A DNA stretch of 63,653 nucleotides, the filler included, from Octopus bimaculoides (Eukaryota), in assembly GCF_001194135.2 (NCBI RefSeq). It is 5 parts of 5 records of this genome, joined end to end, with 100 filler letters (N's around TTAATTAATTAA, not from the genome) between each part and the next. Parts side by side here need not be neighbours in the genome. Positions count along the whole stretch, not along the records: positions 1 to 26,915 come from NC_068985.1; 4 more parts are not named here. The stretch is one strand, 5' to 3'. A program made the position numbers and the translations under genes. The notes below the pieces were generated by a model. The model worked only from the letters and a program-made list of their open reading frames with translations, ran no database searches and was not told the DNA's origin. Positions 1 to 13,640 of this stretch are shown piece by piece. The stretch's first letter is position 1, and each line of letters opens with the position of its first letter.

Positions 1-15
1 TATTTTCCTAACATA

Positions 16-60
<45 letters not shown>

Positions 61-155
61 AAAATAGTTGAAATTTACAGAAAAACAAAAGACGAAAACA
101 GCTGTCTAAACAACCAGCAGGTGTATTAGTTTGACGCTCGGGAAGGTGAGAAAGT

Positions 156-191
156 CTTTTACGTTTCGAGCCTACGCTCTTCAACAGAAAG
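156..191 (-). ncRNA. Minimal type-I hammerhead-like motif in a Penelope-like terminal repeat
   Basis: CTTT-CTGTTGA-A-GAGC(GTAG)GCTC-GAAACGTA-AAAG: 4-bp stem I, 4-bp stem II, palindromic ACGT stem III; core variant A6>U. Confidence 0.55.
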
Positions 192-340
192 GAACACGAG
201 GAAAGCCGCTGCTCTTATATCTAGCAAAGTAGCTAGCTCTAATATCTCTATACAAGATGCAAGTAGTAAGTCAACTGAAAAATAACGGTTGTTACCCCCT
301 CAACGAGGTTGTTCCATACAGAACACTCCAAACTATTTGC

Positions 341-1010
341 ATTATTTTATGAATTTTTAGTAAATCTGCTTTCCCGCTTCCACCCTATGTAAAATATGTG
401 TGCATTGATTATTTGAAGTAGTAGGACGCATTCGGCGTCTTTCAGCATATATACATGATACCTTTTGTGCTCTTAAGTATAAATGTACCCTATACAATTA
501 TCTCTCTCTATAAATGTATTTTACCTAAAAGGATTTTTTTTATATCTGGCCACTGATAAAATTTATTAATTTTAATGATTTTGTCTTTTAATTATGTTTT
601 AAATATAACTCATTCACTTCGGGTCAGTCTATTTACCTCTGAACTATTCTGACCAAATACCCACGTGTTAGGGTGGACTCCGAAATTCGATGCGTATATA
701 TTTGTGAATATTTGTATGTACTCGCATTTTGCGTTTGCTTTTCTGTGGGTATGTATAAATATTTTCATTTATTTCGCTCAGTATGTTTTGCTGACGAAGG
801 AAAAGTTACCAAACTAATCCAGAAATTGATCAATGCCAAACTATCTGATGTATTTTATGAATTTTTAGCCAGTCTGCTTTCCCACTTTCAACCTGTGTAA
901 AATATATATAGAATGAATATTTGAAGTGGTAGGACATATTCGGCGTCTTCTTTCAGCAATTAAGCACGATAACTTTTATGCCATATAGAATTATCTCTCT
1001 CTCTGTATAC
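341..1010. repeat. Diverged tandem duplication (about 510-bp offset), probably Penelope-like LTR remnants
   Basis: About 341-510 is similar to about 850-1010 (TATTTTATGAATTTTTAG..TCTGCTTTCCC..TGAAGT.GTAGGAC..TTCGGCGTC). A CTGACGAAGG..ACCAAAC remnant lies at about 791. Confidence 0.55.
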
Positions 1011-1013
1011 ATA

Positions 1014-1059
<46 letters not shown>

Positions 1060-2125
1060 GGCGGTGCACAAGCATGGCCGCAGTCAAATGACTGATACAT
1101 GTAAAAGAATACACACACACACACACACAGCTAGGTTCCTGACCCAACGTGAGTTAGAGATCCACCAGGTATGGCGTTTGCATAAAAGGACACAAGTGGA
1201 GTTTTAAGACTCACAACAGCTGTCTCACCAGTTTTGCTAATGCTCGGCAAAGTCAGTCGTTTTGAATCTTTCTTCCCCTACCTATGCTTAATAGCACCTG
1301 ACGAGAGCAGATTTTTTTTACAGATGTAATCGTAGTAATTGAACTATTCACCAATAAAAATGCTACTGAACCAGCTGTTGTGAATCTTTAGACTCCGCTT
1401 GTACTGTCCTTTACAATTACGTATATGTGTGTGTCTGTGTATATGCGTGAGCGTGCATGCGCGCGCGTGTTTATGTGTGCCTGCGTGTGTGTACACATAA
1501 ATACATACACTCACTAAAACATATACATTTATATATGCGTACAATATATAAAGAACTACTTTGCAGTAACTTTTCACTGAGAATGCTTAATAAGAAATGA
1601 ATATTTGAAGCTATGACAGTGGTGTCCCTATGTAGAAAATAGAATAGAAAAGAGGAATCACAAATATATAACATAAAGCAGCTATGATTTATGATTGTGT
1701 ATACTTGTTTGTATGAGTGTCTGTACCTGTGTGTGTGTTTGTCCATTGAAAGAAAATGACCAATCTCTGTTAGGTTTTCCATTTACCATTTCAGGAAGAC
1801 TAGAAATGCCTACGAGATTTTTTCTCATTACCCACCACTAAATTGTAAAATATAAATCAAATGCATTAATGTATATTAAATGGCACAGATATGAACTCAT
1901 TTAAATATTGAAATATTCACACAAGCTTATATATAATTCCACGTATAAATTCACAGCTCTGTTTTAGAGCAACCACATTTCATGTATTTATTTAAATGCT
2001 TAGTCGCACAAGTCAAGCTGAAATGGGATTTGGAATTAGTTTTCAAGTATGAACATTTGTACGCATTCCTTTATGAATATTTCTTTTCAATTTTAATCTC
2101 ATACAGATTTTTCTAACACTAGATG

Positions 2126-2157
<32 letters not shown>

Positions 2158-2747
2158 CGTTTACGTATGTATATGTATGTATATATGTATATATATGTGA
2201 GACGACAAAGGAATGTATACGTGTGTGAGCATGTTTTTATAAATATTTATGTATAAGTATTCCTTGACGCACATAATATGCATACACCTCCGCACATATA
2301 AATGAAGTTAGCATTCATTGTTTGAATGCAGCACATTCCGACAGATCTGTGGGACAATACTACTATAACGCATAAATCAAAGCGCTTGTTAAATACTTAA
2401 TAATAAATTAAGATGTTTAGAACTTTGATATTATTCTAAATAATGTAGAACAAAGTTAGACAACACACACTATCACATCAAACAAAAATATCTGAAAATA
2501 CTTTATTTGTCTGGAACAGATTAGATTTCTGTAAACTGAAGTCGAGACTTGCTTCGTCAGCCAGCTTCGGCAATAAAAACAGAAATATTTAAATAAATAC
2601 ATATGTTGTTTCTCTATAACAGAGCTGTAAATTTATACGTGGAATCCTGCATGCATATTTCTAGATTTAAATGAGCTCATATCTGTGCTATTTAATATAC
2701 ATTAATACATTAAAATTATATTTTACAATTTAGTGTGTAACGAGAAC

Positions 2748-3036
2748 GGATCTAGGACTTTTCGTCTAAATCACTTTGGTCTAATGCACTATGGTCTAAA
2801 GAATTTTGGTCTAATGTGACTTTTGTATAAATCTACTATAGTCTAAAGACATTTTTGTCTAAACTCTCTTTGGTCTAATAACTATTTTGTCTATAGAATC
2901 TAAAAAAAAGTTGTAAAGATCTAAATAACTATACTCTAATAATCCTTTTTGTCTTTAGACGAAACTGCTTTTAGACCAAAGTGTCTTAGAGTAAAGTGGT
3001 TTAGACCAAAGCGTTTTAGACCAAAGTACCGTATCC
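2748..3036. mobile_element. Mutator-type MITE with subterminal TTGGTCTAA repeats
   Basis: TIRs GGATCTAGGACTTTTCGTCTAAA / GGATACGGTACTTTGGTCTAAA (rc). 9-bp TSD AACGAGAAC (2739-2747) / CACGAGAAC (3037-3045). About 15-bp repeats invert across the centre. Confidence 0.8.
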
Positions 3037-5489
3037 CACGAGAACAATTCCCGAAGACATCCCTGGCCATCATGAATTGGTAAATGGAAAAGCTAACAGA
3101 GAATGATACTTTTCTTTTAATAGCTGGTACGCACATACACAAACACGCACTCAAACGCAAACAAACACATACGCACTAATAAATCAGCTCGATACTACCT
3201 CTCTGGAAATTGTAGCTTTCCGATTGGCTGTCGTCTCGAATAGACGGAAATACTATTCTGCCGAAATGAATGAAAATTCATTTAGGACTTGCTAAACTTT
3301 TGTTGTGAGAACTTATCTCTGTTTATAAAAGCCGACTTAGTAAGAGTTTATATAGGAATTATAGTATAGAGTTGAAGCTCATATTTTTTTAAGCCAAATA
3401 ATCCTATTATCTCCAGATCAGCTTTTTTTTTCATTCAGACAACGAGTCCTTCTATGCGATGACAAAGCTTCTATAATGATGCTCGACCAGCTGGAAATAT
3501 CAGGCAAGTCACCACAAATCACACACACTTGATAACCATTGATTTACTGTAATACTAGTAATGGATGTTTAACTCCGGACCAATAGCCGAGCAGACGTAT
3601 GGCCAACAAACTTTCCTGTCCCAATCACCCATGTCAGTTGTGCTGGAGAAAATCTATGATAAAAGTGCTTGGGCCTTATCCACATCGTCTATTTTTCAGG
3701 CAAAGTATATCAAAATATACGTTATCTACTATGAAATTCCCCCATTTATGGAGTGATTTGAGGGAGATTTAGCTGCTATTTCCACTGAGTCAAGCGACCG
3801 TGTAAAGGTCTGTTGACTGGTGCGTACAGCAATAGTTATATATTATAAATGCTTCGAAAAGTTATAGACCTGTTAAAGGTCAAGTCATTAGCGAAAATGA
3901 TTTATAGTCACAATCAGTAAATTAATTACCACTAATGAGGCTTGAAACATGTTAACTTGAGCAAAATGAGACATTAGTTAGATTTAAAATATAATAACTA
4001 AAAGTAGAGTATTCAAAAATGATAGCAAAAGCTTTGGGGATTACAAGTGCTAGCTCATATTCTTTCAGTTGTTTTAGTAATTGAACTGTGGCCATGATGG
4101 AACATTGCTTCTAAGTGTTATTAGCTGATTATATCATAACTTAGTATCTTGTCCGGCATTAATTTTATCGGTCAAAAGGAAGAAAGAAAGGGAAGGTGAA
4201 ACTTAATTGGGTGTAAAGGGACCCAAACGATATGACTTTTGTCAAGGTACTTTTGTTCGACACTTCGATTATTTGTCATCCAATCATAACACACGCACAC
4301 AAACAAACGCACACACGCGCGCGCGCGCACATACACAGGGGTTGGAGGTCGCAGATTGATGCATACATACACGTATTCATTTGATTTGATTTTGTCACGT
4401 TTCTGCCATAAATGTTAATAACGTTAATTGTGACAACTCAATAAAATTGTTAATATTAAAAAGGGTACAGCCAACCCTGATAGTTTAGACACTCTAACTT
4501 TGACCATCTGCTTTTTATTATATCATTTCAGATGTAAAGTATTTACGACTGTTTTATTAATTAATGCTTCCTTTACTTTTACTTTTTAAAAAAGATAGGT
4601 GGTTACTTATTTGAAGGAGTGTTGATTACTATTTCTACTAACTCATGCGACCATATTAAGAAAATTTATCCAGCAATACTGCTTAAACAAGACCGTTTTC
4701 GCAGTATTATGCTTATTTTATTGTCGTTACAAATATGCAAACTTGACTAGAGCATTTATTCTTCAGCCAAGACATGTAAAAGCACCCTGAATCAAAGAAT
4801 CGATTTTCTTAATCTGAAAAATACTCAAATTACAACAATCATTTATCATAGATTCAGGATTTAATGTTTTTAAATAAATATAAACAACAACAACAACAAC
4901 AACCCGGAACGATGTTTTAAATATTCCACAGTGCAAATTTAGCTAATTTTAGTACAGATAAAGGCATATGGTTTGGTTAAGCGGTGGTTTAAGAACTCCC
5001 ATAATTAAAGTATGTTAGATACTGGTTCTGTAACACAACTACGGAATATACATCCTTCTACGCCGGGATATCATGTCAAGATAAGACTCTGCAATAGAAA
5101 ATAAAACCTATATATAAAATATCTGAGTCACAAAAATGGAGTAGAAGGGCGGGTAATAAAACAAAAGAATATTATTGCTGAGGCTCCACCCGTTCTTTAA
5201 AGAAATGGTGAAAGAAAATACCTAAGTGAATAAATGAATAAATAAATAAATAACAATGCTTAACAACAATAATAACTACAACTATCGATGGAAAAAAAAA
5301 TGCTCCTACATTACTTAGCAAAAAGGAAGTAGAGAACTCCCGCATATGAGCAATGATGATGTTAATGCGGTTTAGCAGTGAGCTATCGTGGAGGCAATCA
5401 TATAAATTTGACAGACAACATACGAGATTTATAAACATACGCTAACACGTTCGTACAGGCATACACAATGCATATATACGTATACATAC

Positions 5490-5520
<31 letters not shown>

Positions 5521-5635
5521 CATACAAACAGACAGACAGACAGACAAACAAACATGCAAATGTTCCTACGTATCCAAGTATCTTTGCATTCCGAATTTGC
5601 TGAACCAATCAACAAACAGTATTTGCATGCGCGCG

Positions 5636-5685
<50 letters not shown>

Positions 5686-5880
5686 GAAGATATAGAGGAT
5701 AGATATGGTATGAATTTACAAAGAAACAATTGCAGCTTTATACATGGAGATACAGATTATTTTGGATAGCAAGACATGAATATCTGGTTGGACAGATAGC
5801 ACATAATAGAAGAAATATATTATATTCACATATAATAAACAAATACTTCGATACATGCATCATATATATACCTACATACA

Positions 5881-5936
<56 letters not shown>

Positions 5937-7228
5937 GACATATATATAGACGCACAGACACACACACACACACACACANNNNNNNNNNNNNNNNNNNNNN
6001 NNNNNNNNNNNNNNNNNNNNNNNNNNNNNNNNNNNNNNNNNNNNNNNNNNNNNNNNNNNNNNNNNNNNNNNNNNNNNNNNNNNNNNNNNNNNNNNNNNNN
6101 NNNNNNNNNNNNNNNNNNNNNNNNNNNNNNNNNNNNTATATATATATATATGCATATGTATATATGTTTGTCTGTGTGTCTGTGCGTGCATGTGTATGTG
6201 TATTAATGCATAGATTCATACATACATGCATTAATAATATGAATTTATGATAAAGGAACAGGGTAAAGAATTAATGACCATGCCTATATCTATAAAGCGT
6301 AGAAAGATGAAGAAATAGAAAAAAGTTTCCGGGTGAAAATAAGAATGATGTTGTTGAAACCCAAATTCTGGGTAACGTCTCTTAGGAACCGTATTTATTT
6401 CGCTGCAACACTGTAACAAGAGATTCTGTTTGTGAATAGAATTTGCTTAGAAATAGCAATCTCAGACTACAGTAAAACGTTGGGGTAAGCTTTTATACCT
6501 GCCTGTCTTACACCGTCTAATGAAATCGTAGAAAAGTTTTTTTTTTCACGTAATATAGAAAAACGAAATGAAAAGTCTATTATCAAATTAGCATCAGTTG
6601 TGCAACATAGGTAAGGATAAAAAGTATTATGCATGCAATACACGTAATAATATAAGGCCACATATATGCAAATACTCGTAATGTTACCAGGCTATATGCA
6701 AGGGATATACGTAATGCTATAAATATACAAGACCACATGCAAGCAGTACATGTAATGCCATAATGATACATATATGCAATCATAAAAATGGCGTATAATA
6801 CCACAGCTCTCTATTTCTCGCTTTGTCTCTGTATGCATATATGTATGCGTATGTATGCATGTAAGTATATGTGTGTATGTATGTATATATATAATATTTA
6901 TCTTTTACTTTTTTCAGTCATTGGACCACGGCCGCGCTAGTGTACTACCTAGGAAGGTTTAATCGAAGAGTTCGACTATAGAACTTAATCTATTTTTAAA
7001 GCTCGCTACTTATTCAATCTGTCTCTTGACCGAACCATCGAGTCATGGGGACGTAGACAAACCAACACTGGGTGTCATGCAGTGGTGGGAAACAAACACA
7101 AACACAGATATAGATACACTCATACACAGACGCAGACACACATAGACACACACACAAACACACACACACGCACACGCATACGCACGCACGCACGCACACG
7201 CATACGCAGACACACGCACACATACCTA

Positions 7229-7279
<51 letters not shown>

Positions 7280-7373
7280 AAGAGACTTTATGCATTATTT
7301 CTTGCTCCCTAATTTATTCTAATAACTTTACAATTTTGTCTGCATTATAAATCACCCTCTCTAAAGACTTATA

Positions 7374-9207
7374 CAGTGCTCCCTCTCTATAACGAGGGTG
7401 ATTGGGACCAAGAAAACCAACCGCGTTCTATCTGGGCCACGGATTCACGGGTAAGAGCGGGGCAGGCGATAATAGAAGAAAATGAGATATTTGGTTTGAT
7501 TAGTAAAGTGCGCGAACGAAAAAAATACATTCAATCAAGTTTGATATTTATTATACAATACCAATAAATTACTCACCAAATATCATGAATTGCAACAACT
7601 TACAGCAACTTAAAAAAAATATTTATATTGTTTACTTGCGTAAGTAGTTCCTGTTGACTCTAGAATAAGAATTTTTCAATAAATACCTATGAAATGCTTT
7701 TACATTGCATTTCTGATGTCATGTCACCCAGTGAATGATTTGAAAGCCCTTAAAAGTATGTTTAATTAATAAAGTTACATTGTATGAAAGTTCTCATTTA
7801 ATTGTTTTTTTTTTTTATTCCATCACATAAAAAAAGTCTGTCAGTTTCTTCTGGCACAGTCTTTTCGCCATCTTAATCTGTGTTTGCCTCAGCAGGTTCT
7901 TCAGGAGCGTGGTGTAGACTGGGTCATAGTCTTCACACTCAGTGTATTCTATAAGCCACTTGAGGTGTGAGACAGCCTCTGCGTGTGTCTTGGCTGGAGC
8001 TGGTGTCTCCGCTTCCTCTATGTCATCTTCTGGCTCCACCTTAATCTGCTCCTCAATCTGGGTGTCTGTCAGTTTCTGTTGGGGGTATGGTTTCCTCTTC
8101 TTCCTGCCACCTGTTAACCCAGTCTTGCAGGGTCATTGTCTCCTGTAAGTGATCCTCTAGACGCTGTTGTGCTGCCCTGGTCTCCTCCTCAATGAATCCC
8201 ATGAATTCCTCTTTTTCTGGCTCTAGCTCTGGCTGTTGGGTCTGTTAGTGTTTGAAAGTCATCTGCCGGTTGGCTGTCTGTTGATTTCTGCTCGCCACTG
8301 ATCTTGACAGTACCTATACCATGGCGCTTCTGGAACCTGTACAGCCACTCCTTGCTGGTTAGAAAGGTCTGCTGGTCAGGTTGGTCAGGTTGCTCTAGAT
8401 GCAACTGGCTATGAAACTTCTCTGCTTGGGTTCTGATAATAGCGCCTGACAGGGGTGTGCCACCACTCTTCTCCTAGACAAAACCAGGTGAAAACTGCTT
8501 ACTCAAGTTCACTGTCAGTAGTAGTCCTGGCCTGCTTCCTAGCTAGGCCCTCACTGTCCACAACTGTATTTACATGACCCCTGAGGTTAGCCTCATCCTT
8601 AACCCAATCACGCAGGGTGGACTCTGGAACATCAGTCTCTCTCGATAGGTTGGCTTTGGTTTCGCTATTTCGCATGCGGTCAATCAGATTTATTATTTTT
8701 TTTTTACAGAATAGGAATTCCTCTTAGGCACTATGTATTCATACGGTAATTTCTTTTTAAAAATATCTGTAACATAGCTTGAAATTGTAATGAATGAAGT
8801 GGAACACAGATTCCCTTTTATATAAATCGTACCTCCAGGGTGTTAATTACTTCCTTTAAATATTAATTTGTTTGACTCATTCGAACCCTTCTTCAAGCAA
8901 TCCAATCAAATCGTGGAAAACAAACTGTCAAAAGCGCTCATCAGTCAAAAAGATATTGTTTTCATTACAAAAATCAAAGAAATTATGCATACAAAACATG
9001 TAATTAGCACCCAATTATACGTAACCGATTGCAATATTTTCAAGCTGTTGATTAAGGTATATATTTCGTAGGAATTCGCTGAAATCCTGCTTTTAATTAA
9101 GCTTTTTGCAAGTTGTGAGCGATAATGAGGGAAATTCTGTTTCAAATTATTTGTGGTCCATCAAACCACCCGCGTTATATGAGGGGACGCGGTATAGCGA
9201 GACACCG
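7374..9207 (-). mobile_element. Internally deleted Tigger/pogo (CENP-B-type) DNA transposon
   Basis: TA|CAGTGCTCCCTCTCTATAACG end. Minus-strand HTH peptides (ESTLRDWVKDE; FLTSKEWLYRFQKRHGI..ISGE) jump to the C-terminal QKKLTDFF, so the DDE core is missing. Diverged opposite end at about 9160-9207 followed by TA (right boundary less sure). Confidence 0.8.
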
Positions 9208-9229
9208 TAACATGTTTTGCTTGTGTGTG

Positions 9230-9394
<165 letters not shown>

Positions 9395-9465
9395 TATATA
9401 TATATATAAAGTCACAAGGTATGAAAAGTGAATATGGATATTTAACCACATGACTACCGTATTAT

Positions 9466-9492
9466 TACAGCTGTTTCGTAACTTTCATCATG
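9466..9492 (-). ncRNA. Degenerate hammerhead-like core
   Basis: Minus strand (A)TGATGA-AAGTTAC-GAAACAGCTGTA; no convincing stem I. Confidence 0.25.
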
Positions 9493-9946
9493 TAGCATTA
9501 TTACTTTCAATATGCAAAATAATTATATGCACGTTTAGATCAATCTGTATGCTCAACATTATGCAACTGAATATTCACGAATTATTGTAAATAAAGCTAA
9601 CTCATCAGATTACCAAATCATAATAGGTATATCCACGAACCTTTTCTACGGGTTATGGAATTGGAAAGATTATCGCAAAGCTATCTGTTCAACGCTCTAT
9701 TGACCTTGCCAAAGGGCTACCTATATCTACATACACGCACGCACAAATACACAGACACAGGCACAGACACAGGCACACAGACACACACACATATACAGAG
9801 AGAAGAAGAAAGTGTAAAAAAATTAGAGAGAAACACACATATAATAATGTGTTTGTGTATATATATATATACTTCCACAATGTAACCTCGTGGACATGGG
9901 TGGTGATTTTTTCTTCTTCCGTTTTTCCCTTCTTTGAACTTTCCTT

Positions 9947-9981
9947 GTTTCCGACGAAGAGCTCCGCTCGAAACGTCATAC
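9947..9981 (+). ncRNA. Degenerate minimal hammerhead motif (Penelope-like LTR)
   Basis: GTTT-CCGACGA-A-GAGC(TCC)GCTC-GAAACGTC-ATAC. Shares the downstream TTCCCGAGCGTC with the 156-191 copy. Confidence 0.55.
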
Positions 9982-10098
9982 TATCTCTCTTTCCTTTCCC
10001 GAGCGTCTAGTAACACTATCTGTATCACGTCCTCACGTTGTTGTTATTTTGTTATTGTTTTTTTGTCTTTTTCCTTTTTTTGAACGCANNNNNNNNNN

Positions 10099-10145
<47 letters not shown>

Positions 10146-10414
10146 CACACATACATACATATATATGTATATATATATATATACATATAAATATATGCAT
10201 ATAGATATATACATATAGTTATACATTTATATTTATATGTATATATGTATATACATACGTATACATATACACTCTCATACACATACACACGCACGCACAC
10301 ATTTACATGTCTGTGTACTTGTATGTGTGTATTCTCAATCCTTCCTAAGAACATCGGTCTTCTGGAATTTTTTCCTTGCCCATGTCTTTACTGTAGGTAT
10401 TAACCATTTAACAG

Positions 10415-10495
10415 TTTAAATGGAACATCAAGCTCACTGGTCTCAGTGGACCATCAGAGTTCATGGGCATTGTAGCTCTCGCCATACTCAGCAAG
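10415..10495 (+). CDS. Possible isolated coding exon (hydrophobic segment)
   Basis: ttaacag|...aag|gtatgg, 81 nt, phase 0-0, FKWNIKLTGLSGPSEFMGIVALAILSK; GC-richer than its flanks; no partner exon found. Confidence 0.3.
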
Positions 10496-11258
10496 GTATG
10501 GAGAAGGGTACAATATTCGGCAAGGTATATATGTATATGTATATGTGCACATATATATNNNNNNNNNNNNNNNNNNNNNNNNNNNNNNNNNNNNNNNNNN
10601 NNNNNNNNNNNNNNNNNNNNNNNNNNNNNNNNNNNNNNNNNNNNNNNNNNNNNNNNNNNNNNNNNNNNNNNNNNNNNNNNNNNNNNNNNNNNNNNNNNNN
10701 NNNNNNNNNNNNNNNNNNNNNNNNNNNNNNNNNNNNNNNNNNNNNNNNNNNNNNNNNNNNNNNNNNNNNNNNNNNNNNNNNNNNNNNNNNNNNNNNNNNN
10801 NNNNNNNNNNNNNNNNNNNNNNNNNNNNNNNNNNNNNNNNNNNNNNNNNNNNNNNNNNNNNNNNNNNNNNNNNNNNNNNNNNNNNNNNNNNNNNNNNNNN
10901 NNNNNNNNNNNNNNNNNNNNNNNNNNNNNNNNNNNNNNNNNNNNNNNNNNNNNNNNNNNNNNNNNNNNNNNNNNNNNNNNNNNNNNNNNNNNNNNNNNNN
11001 NNNNNNNNNNNNNNNNNNNNNNNNNNNNNNNNNNNNNNNNNNNNNNNNNNNNNNNNNNNNNNNNNNNNNNNNNNNNNNNNNNNNNNNNNATATATAAACA
11101 TAGTTAAGGGATCAGCAACAATTGCTTCACCACATACCGAAGTTCAGAAATAGCAGCTAAAGTGCTAAAGCTCCAACAGATAGCAGTACTTGGTAAAAAT
11201 TATTAATTATTAATTTATTAATAAATTAATATTCCTTTACCCTTTTATTTGTAATATA

Positions 11259-11294
<36 letters not shown>

Positions 11295-12071
11295 TGTATG
11301 TATGTATGTATGTATGTATGTGTGTATGTGTGTGTGTGTGTGTAAACACATACATATATACATACACACGCATATACATACATGTTTAAATGCATAAATA
11401 TATACATACATGCATAAAGAAACTAATATGTATTGCATGTAGGTATGTATCTAATTCTATAAAGAAGCACAAAACGGAAGAATGTTTTGCACAGTTCGGT
11501 TAGTGAGTTAAATAAATACGTAAGTATTCAACATAAATAAACAAATAAATAAATAAATCAATTACTATAAAGAAAAAGAAATACATGCACAACATTACAG
11601 TATGTGAATAGATCAAATATAAAGGAGTAGCATGAAAATGGGTGATTTTTATAGTTATAGCTTAAGATTATATAAGAAAATATAACATCAACAGTCGAAT
11701 ACAGACGCAAAACGTTCCGTTCCGGATATCATATTTTTCATGATATAAAATTTTCATGACGTCATCATTCACAGTGTAATGGACCGAAGATGTTGTAGAC
11801 GAAGTACATTCGCTTTCCTGTTGGGTGTCATAAAACTTACATGAAGCCAAAGAGCGAAGAAAAACCAAACCCGCCCTCTTCTAGTCTATATTTCTTTTCT
11901 CCGTTTAGGGTTGATAGCCTCATAGAAGCCTTTTATGAGGTTTTATGTAGACCTATGATTTATGGAAGATATTTAAAGTCAAGAATATTACGCTGCTATA
12001 TCAGCCAAGAATATTTTACAAATGTACATGTTCTGCACGATGAGAGAAATAATCAATATATATCTGCCTCA

Positions 12072-12154
<83 letters not shown>

Positions 12155-12172
12155 TCAGAGTCTGTCAGTCTG

Positions 12173-12233
<61 letters not shown>

Positions 12234-12330
12234 GTCTGTCTAGCTGTCTGTCTGTCTGGCTGGCTGGCTGGGTGTCTGGTTGGCTGGCTGTGTACCTATC
12301 TGCCTGTGTGCCTGTCAGCCAGTCTGTCTG
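12072..12330. repeat. Compound (CTTT)n(TCTA)n(TCTG/GGCT)n microsatellite
   Basis: Seen directly; explains the 260-aa low-complexity ORF. Confidence 0.95.
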
Positions 12331-12793
12331 TCTATCTGTCTATCTGTCTATCTGTCTCTGTCTCTGTCTATCTTTCAGTCTGTCTGCTGAGAGCTTGTCC
12401 GTTTATCTGCCTGTCAGTCAGTCAGTCTGCCTGTCTGCTTGTCTCTCTGTCTCTGATGTCTATCAATTTGTTTGTCCATCTGTTTGTCTATGTATGTATA
12501 TATGATTGTATGTATATATGTATTTATCTCTCTCTCTCTATCTATCAATCTATATATATATCCATCTATCCATCTATCTGTCTGTCTGACCATCTGCCTG
12601 TATGTCTCTCAGGCCGTCTGTGAGTCCATCTCTCTGTCTTTCTGTTCATCTTTCTATTTGTTTATCAAGCCGTATTTTCACCTGTCTGTATACGTATGCA
12701 CTTATGCATGTAAGTATCTACCAGTTTATATTGCTTACGCGCCTACTTTAATGCTTGTTTAAGCATATACACGCGTATATATATAAGTATGTT

Positions 12794-13640
12794 CGAGGGC
12801 TGGTTGAAAAATTTATAGGTTGACCAAGATACTCACATGGAATGTGACTTTTGTATCGACGCCCCCAAGCGAAGAAGTAGGATCGCCCAAGACATATAAA
12901 TAAAGGTAGTCTGGCTGTGGTAGGAGTTGAGTAGTGTCGACTAGCTGTTGAGTAGCAGTCGTGTAGCGGTTGAGTAGAGATCATCCGAAGGTGCTAGATA
13001 GCAGTAGCTTGAGACATAACAGTGACCAAATGAGGTTTATTTTTCAACATAGCCCTCCTTGCAGTCCATACACTTATTCCATAGTCCTCCTTGCAGTCCA
13101 TACACTGGATTCCATTGGCAAAGAAGCTTTCATATTGTTGGTAAAAAAAACCAGTAAGATATGACGTCATCAACAACAGATATGAAGTCAGCATCATCGC
13201 GATACTGGTTCCAAGCCAAATGATTTTTCATGTTGGGGAACAGATGATAGTCAAATAGGGCTAAATCAAGAGAATAGAGGAAATAATCAACAAGTTGAAA
13301 ATGGTAGTCACACACAGCAACCAAGGGCCTGTGTTCTGAGACATTGTCCTGATGAAACGAGCCTTTCGTCAGTTTTCCTGGGCGTTTGGTCTTCATAACC
13401 TTTCATAACTGCCTCCGCAACTTGGCATAGTACTCTCCATTGATGGTGTGGCCCTTTTGAAAATCCATAAGCACAATGCCTTTTGCATCCCCCAAAATTG
13501 AAGTTATCATTTTCTCTGGCTTTCTTTGGCTTTCTTTGGAACAGGTGAGAGTGGAGTATTTCCACAGCACAGATTTTCTCTTTGTCACTGAGTTAATCTT
13601 GTGAACCCAACACTCACCCTGGGTTAGGAAACGTTCAAGG
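12794..13640 (-). mobile_element. Decayed mariner transposon, C-terminal half plus one TIR
   Basis: TIR CGAGGGCTGGTTGAAAA. Frameshifted peptides LERFLTQGECWVH, DAKGIVLMDF..TINGEYY, FHQDN, YSLDLALFDYHLFPNMK, CMDCKEGYVEK*. Confidence 0.9.
12852..13021 (+). mobile_element. Solo-LTR-like insertion inside the mariner 3' end
   Basis: Begins TGT, ends ACA, internal TATAAATAAAG. Flanked by duplicated GTGAC (12844-12848 and 13022-13026), with 3 extra T on the left. Strand is tentative. Confidence 0.65.

Noticed and set aside
11908-12060. Strong + acceptor followed by an open frame RVDSLIEAFYEVL..
   Set aside because: No good donor and no recognisable product; runs into a microsatellite.
11841-12623. 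260-aa ORF and other long ORFs in the track (e.g. 54475-55302, N-spanning ORFs)
   Set aside because: They consist of microsatellite translation (SFFL, YLSI, HT, CV runs) or X from gaps.
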